Below are positions 26,616-40,446 of a DNA stretch of 64,000 nucleotides, one piece after another. The stretch spans positions 80,972,001 to 81,036,000 of the forward strand of contig OZ024747.1 of assembly GCA_964016885.1 (NCBI GenBank), written 5' to 3'. This DNA comes from Eledone cirrhosa. Its lineage: Eukaryota. A program made the translations under genes and the position numbers. The notes below the pieces were generated by a model. It searched no databases. It was not told where the DNA came from and saw only the letters and a program-made list of their open reading frames with translations. The first letter of the stretch is position 1. The number at the start of each line of letters is the position of its first letter.

Positions 26616-28550
26616 ATATATATACAAATATATATATAACAAAGAAAGTTTGGTAAGAAACCAGGTGGAACATAACGCACCAGATTATTCAATACTTAGA
26701 GTAGTAGAGTGGGTAGTAGGTAAAGAGTCAGGACCCCGTTTGGATCTAGCTGTCGAAACGGCCGGAGCTCAGCCGTCGGGGTCCTGACTCTTTTCCTACT
26801 TATATATATATATATATAAGTATGTAAATGGTAAACAGAAATAACAACACAAACGGTATATGGAAGAAATATATTAGTTTAACTCTTGAAATAGCAGTTC
26901 TTCAATATATATATACAGTATATATAAAGGAGGTAAGGTCCTATATAAAACAGGGATTATAGAAAACATTAATCGCCCCCCATTAGATTATACATAAGGA
27001 CCTATTGATTAAGCATACACACATATACATATCGATACATTTGCATACATACACACATATGTATAAATACACACATATATACACACACACCACGAAATAA
27101 AAACAATTATTTATACACATATTTTCCAAAAGCAACATCTCTCCAAATATCTGATTGAAAGCCATCACTAATACTATACTGTGTTTTTTTTAAAAAGATC
27201 TGTGACAAAAAAAACAACTAAAACGCACACACACACATAATACATACACACACACATATACATGCACACACACACATATACATACACACACACACATATA
27301 CACACACAGAGACACTCACACACACACAGGTACCATTCTTGTTACTATATATATATATATAATTTTGAACCATACTGAACCATTGATCAGCTTTCAAAAT
27401 TTCTCAAGACAAATTCTTAAAAAAAACTTTTAAGTTTCGTCAAACTTTTTTCAGTTCTAATGTGAAATTTTATATTGTTTTACGTTTGCAATAAAACACA
27501 TAAGACTTGAGTAATTTATAATAAATATTTAGGTAGATATATTAATAGAAGAACAAACTTTTTTTTGACACATTTATGTCAACTATTTACGCTTTCCTTT
27601 GTCTCTGAATATTCATATATGTATTAAGTTGATGTATGTCTATGTTCATGGACCACTGTTTCCTTAGCTGTATTATCAATTTGTTTGTATTGTTTCCTCA
27701 TTTGTTCCATCCTTTTTGTTTTTATAGATTTTTTCCGTTTTGATTCTGTTTATGTTTGAATATAGAAACGAAATATTTTCAGTTGTTTTTGACAGAAAGT
27801 CTTTCGCTGGAAGCAATCCATTATGGTTGTCTATACTTACAAATTCTTCTAGGTAATTGGGTGGATTTATCTGATTACATTTCCATACACACGTGTGTAT
27901 AGGCATGTGTGTTTGTGTACGTGTGTGTGTAAGCACATGTATTTGTGTACGTGTGTGTGTAGGCGCATATGTGTGTGTGTGCATTCGCCCAAATGCATGC
28001 ATACAGCATATAGGAATAAAGGATACGCTGTACATACATATATATGTGTGTATATATGTATGTTCATGAGTGTGTGTGTGTGTGCCTGTATGTGTGTATG
28101 TGGATATGTGTATATGTGTATATACATGTAGGTGTGTGTGTGTTAAAAATGAGAAACGTCATGACAAAAAAACCTTGTAAAATTGCTATCAGACGTAATT
28201 GTTTCTACTTTAGGCACAAGGCCAGCAATTACCAGACATAATGTGTTGGTTCAATCTCTGATAGGGTGTCAAAATATTTATCATGCAGGCAGCTTGTTTA
28301 TTTGAATCTGATTTGTTTTGTGATAATAGAAGTATATATATAAAGCCTTATGATTTCTGATTATGTTAGCAAATTGATTGATTATCACTATTTCATGCAC
28401 AGGAAATGTAATAGCGAAGAGAAGACTGGCTACTGTATGTCTCTCTTATTTAGATAGAGATCATCTCTTTTGCTGCATCAAAACATGAAGAAAATGTCAT
28501 ATATACGTAATATATACATACATACACACACACGCACGCACACACATATA

Positions 28551-28617
<67 letters not shown>

Positions 28618-28618
<1 letters not shown>

Positions 28619-30046
28619 TAGTAATAATAATAAAATTGAAGACTAAAATCCAAAGAGGGCTCGATAAGGAAAATATATATCAAATATATAAGAATCGTAG
28701 AGCAAATATTTATTAAAATAACAGATTAAAGTTTAAGCAAAGAATCGCTGCTTTCACCCTTAACGGGATCTTCTGAAACTAACAAAGTCAATCTGTAAAC
28801 GCAGAACTGGATATTTCAAAAAACGTTGCAACCGGAGGAAGACAGGAAGACGATACTTTGGTTCGTGGTAACGTTCGCTGGCAAAGAAGGGAAAAAACGA
28901 ATAATACGTCATTAATAGGAGCGGTGAAAAACAATTACGCGCAAAGACAAAACCACGTTTATGGTATAAAAGAAGTCGTAGACTAATGTTCTCTTAGGTG
29001 GTGCATAGAGACGTTCTCTGGCAATGAACGAAAAAACGAAGATAATAAGTCATATGTGGAGCGTGGAGAACAATAGCACGCAAAGACAAAACCACGTAAA
29101 TGGTATAGCAGAAATCGTAGACTAAAATTCCAACTAGGAGACCAAATGAATCTCCGCTACAGAGTCAAGAACAAAGTAAATAAATACAATACAGAAGTAA
29201 TAGAAACAAATAAATACATACACGCAAACAGATACGTACATACACAAGCATACGGAAAACCTTACCATGGGTATACAAAACCACGCACATATAAATATGT
29301 GTGTGTGTGTATGCTTGTGTACAAATAAATAAATAATTATATAAACGTATATAAGTAAATAAATACGTATATAACAAGCGCACACGCATACCTACATAGA
29401 AATACACGAATGTTCGGAGACGTAAGTCAACTAAAACAAGAAGTACACATATACACACACCCACCATACGTACGAACCAGCACACTCACGCGGACGCGTA
29501 TGCTTGTGTATGTACGTATCTGTTTGCGTGTATGTATTTATTTGTTTCTATTACTTCTGTATTGTATTTATTTACTTTGTTCTTGACTCTGTAGCGGAGA
29601 TTCATTTGGTCTCCTAGTTGGAATTTTAGTCTACGATTTCTGCTATACCATTTACGTGGTTTTGTCTTTGCGTGCTATTGTTCTCCACGCTCCACATATG
29701 ACTTATTATCTTCGTTTTTTCGTTCATTGCCAGAGAACGTCTCTATGCACCACCTAAGAGAACATTAGTCTACGACCTCTTTTATACCATAAACGTGGTT
29801 TTGTCTTTGCGCGTAATTGTTTTTCACCGCTCCTATTAATGACGTATTATTTGTTTTTTCCCGTTCTTTGCCAGCGAACGTTACCACGAACCAAAGTATC
29901 GTCTTCCTGTCTTCCTCCGGTTGCAACGTTTTTTGAAATATCCAGTTCTGCGTTTACAGATTGACTTTGTTAGTTTCAGAAGATCCCGTTAAGGGTGAAA
30001 GCAGCGATTCTTTGCTTAAACTTTAATCTGTTATTTTAATAAATAT
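28618..30046 (-). mobile_element. Large fold-back element: arms of about 549 bp (28706-29254 / 29497-30046), about 240 bp loop, hammerhead-like fold in the arms
   Basis: Arms are near-identical reverse complements and the element is bounded by (TA)n. AGTTT CAGAAGA TCCC GTTA AGGGT GAA AGCAG..TTGCT T AAACT at 29972-30022. Confidence 0.85.
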
Positions 30047-30063
30047 ATATAATTATATATATA

Positions 30064-30187
<124 letters not shown>

Positions 30188-30213
30188 AATTATATATATA
30201 ATTATATATTTTT

Positions 30214-30905
30214 CTAGGGCGGGTAAAATTCCCGAGATCCATGGACCAGTTCTCTCCAGCGGTCTCTGTCCCTCATTATCGCTGCCATGTCCTGCATCTC
30301 CAATAGACCAGTGTCTGTCCTTAGGGCATCAACATACGTTAACCTTGGTCTTCCTCTACCAGTGTGTCCATGTAGGGGCTCCCACAGGAGCACTGAGTGC
30401 AATGTCAACTCTGGATGTCGGTGAGCCTGTCCAGCTAACCTCAGTCTCCTCTGTGTCACTATTGAGCTGACTTTTGGGAGGCTCCCATACCGCTCTGAGT
30501 TTTTCATCCTCAGTGTATACTGATTAATGTTCAGAGCCATCCTCAGCATTCTCGTGTAGCACTCGTCCACCATCTGAGTGAGTTTCTTGGTCAGTGTCCA
30601 AGTCTCAGACCCGTACAGCAGCACAGACTCCACTACAGCAATGAAGAGGCGGATTTTCAGGTCTTTACGAAGGTCCGACTTCCACACCGATCTCAAGCTG
30701 TCAAGGAGCAGTCTGGTCGTTATGGCTCTGCTGGCTTAGAGCCACAGGGAGGGCCAGTGGATGATAGATCAGCTGTCTCTGAAACAAATATAAAGAATGC
30801 AGTTTTGTCCTGCAGAAGAGCCATCAAAATGGACACTTTGAATGTGAGGACTATTCAGACGCTGGAGAAGAGAGAGGAGTTGGGACATCTGTTCGAGGAA
30901 AGTGG
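30214..30905 (-). mobile_element. RTE-clade LINE 3' end (30214-30700, -) joined to an oppositely oriented 5'/APE-start fragment (about 30700-30905, +)
   Basis: KIRLFIAVVESVLLYGSETW..RRLRLAG..GRGRPRLTY on minus; TLNVRTIQTLEKREELGHLF on plus; within (TA)n. Confidence 0.8.
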
Positions 30906-30929
30906 TATAATTATATATATATATATATA

Positions 30930-31629
30930 TACAAATATATTACACAAAGAGAAGTTTGTTACACAGTGAGATGTGAGAAGAATTATTACAAGTGAGTTTA
31001 ACCGTTACCTTATGGAGAATAATATCTACAGGTTAGCAATTAAATAGAAAAAAACCAAGTCAGAATCAAATCTCTAAAGTAGAGTTTTAAATTACCAACC
31101 TTATAACTATAAGTTTGCTGATACGAATCCACTTCGTTTCGCCACAGAAATATGCAGTTTAACAGCCCACAGGTTCCTCAGTCACCAAATGTGGATTCTG
31201 TTCACGACACATCTAACCTCATGGATAGAGAGAAAGCTAATATACACGCTGCCCAGAGTAGGGCGAAATCACGTGTTATTTGCATCAAATAACGGCTCTT
31301 TGGGGAAAATGCTAGAGAGAGCAACCCAACCATTCGAATTTATTAGCTCAACAATTTGGGGCTCGTTAAGAATACAAAGATCGGAATTAAGAGTATTCCG
31401 CAGTTCACTGTAATAATAATAATAGTATTAGCTCAAAGAAGAATAGAGAATTTTCTTCTGAGCTGAAATACAAATATATTACACAAAGAGAAGTGTGTTA
31501 CACAGTGAGATGTGTGTAAAGAATTATTACAAGTGAGTTTAACCGTTACTGTATGGAGAACAATATCTACAGGTTTAGCAATTAAATAGAAAAAAACTAA
31601 GTCAGAATCAAATCTCTGAAGTAGAGTTA
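30930..31629 (-). mobile_element. Penelope-like pLTR unit: about 160 bp direct repeats enclosing a hammerhead (31117-31186, -)
   Basis: 30930-31087 is repeated at 31469-31629. Minus strand GGTGA CTGAGGA..GAA ACGAA GTGGA TTCGT A TCAGC; TA tracts on both sides. Confidence 0.65.
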
Positions 31630-31652
31630 TATATATATATATATGTGTGTGT

Positions 31653-31751
<99 letters not shown>

Positions 31752-32720
31752 GGGGAGTGCGTTGTGTCTGTCTGAGTCCATGTATATGGGTGTGTGTGTA
31801 ACAAAACTATTTCTTTTTTAGAAAATTGAGTATTAACAAGGAAATACTGTTAAAAAGTAATATCCTATGGATTCGAAGATATGCTGCATGAGTTTATTCT
31901 TGAATAATAATTCCTTTTTTGAATGGCATAAGGCCTGAAAATTGGGAGCAGAGTAAATTCAATTATAGCGACATCAGTATTTAACTGGTATTTTAATATT
32001 TTGATCTTGAAAAGATGAAACGCAAGGTTGCCCACAGGATGCTCCACTATAACTGCAAATCTACTGATCGTAATGATAATAATAATTGTTTCTACTTTTG
32101 GCACAAGGGCAGCAATTACCCCAGTGCATTACTGGTACTTTATTTTATCGACCCGTAAAGATGAAAGCCAAAGTACACCTCGGCAGGATTTGAAATCATA
32201 CCGTAAAGGGGCGTAACTCTTTTCAGTAAACCATAGTGTCCGACTTTCTACCAATACTGCCAATCCACAACACACTGTCTATTTTGTTGGGTAAGTTTTG
32301 TTTAATTTTGTATCCCAAAACATCCAAATTAGACAAAAAATAAAACCAGTATTTTCCACACATCACTAGGAAGAAGTTACGAAAGTTATAAAAATAATTT
32401 AATATATTCTCCCCAAGAAATCTTTGTTTACACCTTAACGAGTTTTAATAATTCAAAATGGCTAAATACAAATTTTATGAAGAAAACGTTAAAACATTAA
32501 AATACCAGATAAAAGAGATATAATTCTTGCTCCCACTCCACATTTATGTCCACTCCCTCCACAGCACCACATTTACACTGACACAAGATAATCCCCTATC
32601 TATTTAGAAAGAAAGGTATCTATTTAGATATCTATTTATAGACTAAAGTCACTGATCTTGAAACATAAGCAACCTGCTACCAACTTGCTAGCTCCCTTCA
32701 TTCTGTGATGAATATATACA

Positions 32721-32758
<38 letters not shown>

Positions 32759-32767
32759 CATACACAC

Positions 32768-32936
32768 AGAATCGGAGAGGAACTCATATACTAAGCATAT
32801 CTGTCAACCTTTCGATTACAGAGTCAGGTTCGATCTGTGATAGATCTTCCCTCGAGCTGATCGATAGAGAAACATATGTAATATGTTATTAAATATGTTA
32901 TGATGCAACATTGAATCCTTGTTCCTTATCCTTATA

Positions 32937-32937
<1 letters not shown>
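32768..32937 (+). mobile_element. Single-arm copy of fold-back family D
   Basis: Aligns to 44410-44576 (GATTACAGAGTCAGGTT..GAGCTGATCGATAG.GAAACATATGTAATAT..). Confidence 0.7.
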
Positions 32938-32997
<60 letters not shown>

Positions 32998-33063
32998 ATT
33001 AAATAAATGGAAACTATATTTATAAAACCATAAGTTGTAACACAACAATTTAAATATAACTTT

Positions 33064-33109
<46 letters not shown>

Positions 33110-33111
33110 AT

Positions 33112-33293
33112 AAGTTTATCCCGGGTTCAGTCAGGGGTAACCACAGTAAGTAAGGTACTCAATACAAAGCAGAGTATAAATATTTAATATAGAAAGGCTT
33201 CTACAGGACTAGAACTGTTTCATTTGGAAGAAATCATTAGGGCTTCCTGATGATTTCTCCCGAATGAAAGAGTTCTAGTCCTGTAGAAGCCTT

Positions 33294-33300
<7 letters not shown>
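33112..33300. mobile_element. Fold-back element family C with a hammerhead at 33241-33291 (+)
   Basis: Arms 33187-33241 / 33246-33300. GGCTTC CTGATGA TTTC TCCC GAAT GAA A(G)AG TTCTAGTC CTGT A GAAGCC. The terminal AAGTTTATCCC.GGTT..GGGGTAAC recurs at 58326 and 58792. Confidence 0.78.
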
Positions 33301-33328
<28 letters not shown>

Positions 33329-33450
33329 AGTTAAAACAATGAATTAAAAAAATCAAGTCACTAGAGATATACTTCACTGCTTTACGATCGTTTCTAGATG
33401 ATGATAATACATTGTAGCTATACTCAGTTATTGATCTATGTAAGGTTATA

Positions 33451-33493
<43 letters not shown>

Positions 33494-35207
33494 AACACAA
33501 TGTAGTAACCAAGCATGTTCTCTTTTATTCTGACTATACTCTGCGTATTGCCAGTAAAGACAACTATGTTAGGTATCAATGTTCATGTTTATGTGAACAT
33601 CATCTCTATTTAACTCTCTGCAAACTAATTCTAACTCAACCATCTTTCATTTATCATCACATTTCCATATCACTTGAGTCTTATAATTAAAACTTTTGTC
33701 ATCTTAATAAGGGCTGTTTATAGATTGTTCTGAGGAAACAATTAATCTAAATCCAATATTGTTGACACTGTTCCAGACTCAATTCTCCTATTGATAATAT
33801 GCTGCACACATACAAAGTATGGCAATCTCTTCAATCACTACAAACCTATATTGCTTGTCGTATAAAGCCTGCTAGCCGATTGATAAATCCTTACTTATTG
33901 TGTTTCTGTACTACTAAATGGAAGGTTTACACAAAATATAGTGAAATTGCTTTCTTTTTTTCTTTACAGGTGAAAGCATAACTGTGAATTACGAAATTTA
34001 CATCACAATTTGTAGGTTCTGGATTCGATCCCAGTGTGTGGAATCTTATATAACTATCTTCCATCATAACGTCAGCCTTGTGAATGAAGTTAGACAGACA
34101 GAAACTGTGTTGAATACATCAGTGGTATTTCTTATTTATCAACTCTGAAGAGATCAAATTTAAAAATGACCTTGGTAGCCTATGATCTCAGCAAAACAAA
34201 CACCACAATTTGACTCATCTGTCAATATGTCAAGTATGGAGCTTGAACCTCAAATAAGTCCACTGATCTAGCCATATGCAAATATAAAGTGCCCAACGGT
34301 CAGTGAAGGTGCATGGCTTAATTGTTAGAGTATTGGGCTTGCAATAGAAAGGCTGTGAGTTCAATTCTCAGACCGAGTGATGTGTTGTTTCCTTGAGCAA
34401 GACACTTTATTTCATGTTGCTCCAGTTTACTCAGCTATAGAAATGAGATGATAGGACTGGGGTCCCTATCATTAAAATCACCCAAGACACCTCCAATGAG
34501 ATATACCTTGGAGGAGGCCAGCTAAACCTGCATAGGTGTGAGCTGTCACACACAGCGGTCAGTTTATTTCAAACTTCAGTGTTCAATGAATATTCTAGCC
34601 ATGAGCATCCAATCTAATTATCTTAGTCTAGCAAACTGTGTGTAAATGATTTAACATATGTGGTTTCATGTTAAAGTCAGTAGTAGGAAGATTATTAAAT
34701 GTCGGGTTGCTTCACATAACAGATTGAATAACTTTGTGCAAGAACTCTCCTGCTGACTTGTGAAATGATGTGAAAGATTGCAGTGGGTTAGTGAAAGAGG
34801 AGGAGAAGAAGTGGAACGCAAATGAAGAGGAGGAGGAGGGGGATGGAAATAAGCTGGACTCCATAGTCACCCATTTAATTATCTTAAAGATTTTTTTTTC
34901 ATTTCTTATTTTGGTTAATACCTTCACAACTGTCAGAAAAATAAAAATAAAATGTTAGACAAAGATTAAAAATTTAAATGATGAAAAAAATGGATTCTCA
35001 AATACACGAATATATACACGCATATACACGCATATATACCACATATACACGCATATATACACGCAAATACACGCATATATACACGCATATACACGCATAT
35101 ATACACGCATATACACAAATGTTCATGGACAACCTAAAAACATCATATTTAAAATATGTGATAAAATTCTAAAAAAATAGCTTCAAATATTTGATGAAAA
35201 CTTAACA

Positions 35208-35304
35208 ATGATGATGATGATGATGATAAGTATCAGGAGCATGAGAATGATGAGGATGTTGATGGTGGTGGTGATGGTGATGATGATGATGATGGTGGTG
35301 ATGG

Positions 35305-35336
<32 letters not shown>

Positions 35337-35340
35337 ATGG

Positions 35341-35375
<35 letters not shown>

Positions 35376-35421
35376 GTGGTGATGGTGGTGATGATGGTGA
35401 TGATGATGATGGTGATGATGG

Positions 35422-35453
<32 letters not shown>

Positions 35454-36190
35454 ATGATGATGATGATGGTGATGATGGTGATGATGGTGATGATGATGAT
35501 GATGGTGGTGGTGATGGTGATGATGGTGATGGTGATGATGGTGATGATGGTGATGATGGTGATGATGGTGATGATGATGATGATGATGGTGATGATGGTG
35601 ATGATGGTGATGATGGTGATGATGGTGATGATGATGATGATGATGGTGGTGGTGATGGGCATGGTGAAGGTAATGATAATAATGATGATTGTGAATAGTC
35701 AGGATGGTGGTTATGGCAATGGAGGTGATGATGATGATGATGATGATGTTGATGGTAATGAGGGTGTCAAGCAGAAGGATGTGCAAGTGATGATAGTGGT
35801 TGTGAAAATAGTGATGACGATGATGATGATGATGATGATGAGAAAGATGGGTAGGGTGGTTGTGGTGGGGGTGGGGGTGCTGGGGATAATGACAATGATA
35901 CTCCTCAGGTTAATGAGAATGATAGTAGGGTGATGGTAATGAGGATGATGATGATGATGATGGTGGTGGTGATGATGGTGTTGATGATGATGATGAAGAT
36001 GATGATGATTATGATGATGATGGTGGTGATGATGATGATGATGATGATGAGGACGATGATGATGATGGTCGTGATGATGATGGTGGTGATGATGGTGCTG
36101 ATGATGATGATGATGAAGATGATGATGATGTTGACGACGATGATGATGATGATGATGATGATGATAATGATGATGATGATGACAATGATA
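35208..36190. repeat. (GAT/GGT)n compound trinucleotide array
   Basis: Directly visible; source of the poly-His, poly-Met and poly-Ile ORFs. Confidence 0.95.
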
Positions 36191-36467
36191 GAGATTTTGA
36201 AGATATTTAAGGAAACAAAACATTTCAAGCAATGGATTGTAGTGGATATTATCAGAGAAAGAAGACGTTAGATGATAGAGAGGAAGTTAGAAAATGATTG
36301 TAGGAACAGAGAGATGAAATGAAGAAGGGAGAGACAGAGAGAGAAAGAGGAGTTTGAGATGAAATGTAAAGAGAGACAAAGTATTGGAATGAGTGTGAGA
36401 ATAATGTGGGCAAAAATTAAAAGGGTAGAGAGAAGGAATGATATTGTAAGGAAGGGAAGGAGTCAGT

Positions 36468-36515
<48 letters not shown>

Positions 36516-36553
36516 TAGAGAGAGATAGAGAGAAAGAGATAGAGAGGGAGAGG

Positions 36554-36619
<66 letters not shown>

Positions 36620-36770
36620 GGTGGGGGTGCAGAATGGAAGGAGTGAAAATTGGATAGAGAGGAATAAAGAGAAGAAAGGTGTGGTGAATGAAAGTTGAAT
36701 AGAGAGATACATAAAAAGAAAGAAAGAGAGAGAGAGAGAGAGGGAGAGGGGGAGAGAGAGAGAGAGAGAG
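36468..36770. repeat. (AG)n-rich polypurine tract
   Basis: Directly visible. Confidence 0.9.
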
Positions 36771-39700
36771 TATGGACATGAGAGATAAATGTGTAAGGAT
36801 TAGAAAGACCCATGAGTATAGAGGAAGGGAGAAAGAGAAATTTGAGGAAAAAATATGGTCTAGTGAAAAGATTACCTGGCAACAATAATTATGGGGTTTT
36901 CACATCAGAATTCAAACTAATGCTGCCCACCTTCACATAATACACACTATTAGGATCAGTTCATTGCTATTATTTCACCTTTGTCACCACATGACACATA
37001 CTGTTATCAATTCCAGATATTGCTACTATCACATGGCATACTCCATATGCCTCTCGCATAGTATTGTTCACTCACTAACTTCTATCAAACTCAAACACAT
37101 GCATGCACATCACAATCAAAATACGATCCTCCCCCAAAAGGTCCTGCTATTGTATACTCCCAGCATATACTAGTGCTTCATCATGACCTTAACCATCTTC
37201 CTACTAGATACTAGTGTCAGAGAATCTCACGTCGCTGCCATAAGCCCACATACCATCACTAGCAGCAATTTCATCCAACCCATCTCACATACACCAATAC
37301 AAAAATACCAATAACTATAACAATAAAGATTTTACATGGTTGCTTAACCCATTTGAAATCGCAGCCGAATCTCCCTTATATCACACTCAAACATCTCCAA
37401 TAAGAAAAGGGCATATTGGTTGATGTGGTCTGAAATGTACAGTCTGAGAGAAAAAGTAGGATTTAAGGGTTTACCTGTGTGTAAATTGGACTAACGATCA
37501 ACAAGAACAACATAGGTAACACCAAAAATATCCACAACAAACAATTTATATCTCTTTTAACAATTAGCCAGCTATTTTAGTAGTTAATGAAATTGACCAC
37601 ATGATGCAAGGGTTGATACAAATGTTGAATGTATTCATACCCATCATGTTTGCAATTTTCACTGTCTTCAGCCACTCAATTCAGTTTTTTGTCATTCAGT
37701 GGAGTCACCCTTGAAATACTGAGGACTTTTTACTTTTACAAAGCTCAAGGCAAGCACATTAATACTAGACAACAACAAAATACACTGTATATACTCTCTA
37801 AAATGGTTTTCAAACAAGTGAAGACAGTGTAAGGTTAAGAGAATTCCTTAGTTCTATTGGTATCATGGTAAAATGCACCCAGTATTACACATTATAAAGT
37901 GGTTGGTGTCAGGTAGAGCATTAACTATTAAAACTATGCCTAAAAGGAATGTATGTGGAAGTCATGATCCGCTGACCTGTTTAGTAATTCTGAATAAGAA
38001 CTGATTCAGACGATGCAGCCTATCTGACCCATGACTGCATAGAAAGTGAGTGTAATATAATGATGTTGAATCCTTTATTTTATTATCTATCCACTTATCT
38101 CAAAATTATTAATATCATCCTTATTGAAGGGCAGTGGATTTCCAGTATCGATAGAGACAACATGCTTTGCTGCATAGAGTTACAACCCTTTATAATCTGA
38201 TTCAAATCCCTCCGAAGTTAACTTTGCCTTTCATCCTTACGGGGTTGATAAAATAAAGTACCAGTCATGCACTGGGATCGATTTAATCGCCTTTCCTTTC
38301 TCCACCAAAATTGCAGGCCTTGTGTCTAAATCAGAAACTTTTATTAAACTATCCTGAATTAGAAGTATCATTAGATTATGACTGCAAAATTATGCCCAAC
38401 AATTTTCCACTGTAAAAACACACACACAAACACACATACAATGTGGATACAATGATCGAAGATAGAAAAAATATTTACACCTTTTTTCTGATGTTTGTTC
38501 CTTTTCTGATGCTGTTATATACAAACATTTTAATTAATTTCTATGTCCATCCAATGGAAAAGCAGACATAAACACGATGATGATGAGAATGAGGACAAAT
38601 ATAGAATATAACCTTCATACAAGGTTAACTATGAGTTAAACATAGAAACAACAGATCATTTATAACATAATCATGCCCCTTCTATAATTTATAATATAAA
38701 AAGTTATAAACAGTACAGATGTTAATTTAATTATCACCAATATGAGATATTTTCTGTTGAAACTAAAATATTCTGTTCAATAGACTTCATTTTCCCAAAT
38801 AAACACACCAGCCAACATGAGATCATTTGGTTTACTAGGAATAGCAACCAAGTTTCACTCAAACTATATCCTAGCACAGGAGGCAGTAACTGGTGTAAAG
38901 TGGCTTATTAGTAGGCCACTGAGCGATTTTTGTGATTTTCAGATGTTTTCAAATGTTTATATATATGTTAAAATGTACATTTAATCTGGCCATACCCGAC
39001 CAGAATTCTCTCGCCTCTTTCTGTTTAAATTGGCCATACTAAGGTATTGTTCTCAAAATAAATAATATAAAAATCTCATAGATTCGATATTATGTGAGAT
39101 ATTCATGTGCGATAATGTGTTTACCATAAAAATACAATAGTATATATAGAGTAATGTAAATGCTAAAGGGTTAAACCATGAGTAAAACTAGAAGGAAAAA
39201 TTAAATTTAAAAAAAAACGGCCATTATAAAAGAAAATTATGGATGCCTGCCCTAGCATCTTTAAAAAAAGGATACAGTGGATAATAACATCTAGGGTGAA
39301 CTATGTCTAAAAAAGAAAATAAATTGAATGGTCATGACCTGAATAATTTTGATCATAGCATTTTGCTGTGTCATTGAATGTTTTTATAAACATTTCTAGA
39401 AGGCAAGCTAATAAATAGAAAACAAGCAAGCAATGGCTATAACTATACTTTTGCTGAGGAATGTTAAAATGGCCAGAAAATATACATAGTTAACTCCTAA
39501 TATTTTTCGCTGATCTGTGTATTTAAACCTATTATGGTTATTTCTAATGTATTGGAAATAATCAAACCCACCCATTTAGTATTCTTGTGGTATATTTAGA
39601 TTATATAGAAAAGATATTAAGGCTGAAGAAGACAAAGGTGGAGATTAAATTCTCTACCACATTTAATTGTAGATTTCTATACATTTTTGAATTTTTAATC

Positions 39701-40089
39701 CAACTAAATTCAACATCTTTAGTCACATTATTTTTTATTAAGGAGCCAATAAAATAAATACCTGTAATATAGTGAACAATGGATTTTAGAATCAATATTT
39801 GCCTCAGAAAACACAAGTTTAAAAAATTCATCTATTTTACAAGAAAAGAGGCCTTGTTCTGTAGAAAGAAATTGACATTTCATAATGGCATTTTCATGTA
39901 TATATTCAAAATGAGCTTACAAAGAAAATATATATATATATATTTTAAAAATATTGAAATAGGAAATAAAGTAACTCTCTAGTTTTTATTCTACATGACA
40001 TTAGCCATACTGAATCATTGATCATAAATAAATATGCTGCAGGTAAAATTAGTATTCCACACACATATATATATATATGTATGTATATG

Positions 40090-40155
<66 letters not shown>

Positions 40156-40293
40156 TATATGTGTTTATATATGTGTGTGTTAGTGCACACTATACTTATA
40201 TGTGTATATACACACACATACACATCATCCTCATCATCATTTAACATCCATGATGGCATATGTATATACTTATATATATATATGTGTGTGTGT

Positions 40294-40361
<68 letters not shown>

Positions 40362-40402
40362 GTATGTATACACACACACACATATATATATAAGTATATA
40401 CA

Positions 40403-40446
<44 letters not shown>

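Noticed and set aside
35183-36271. Poly-His, poly-Met and poly-Ile ORFs
   Set aside because: Translations of the GAT/GGT microsatellite.
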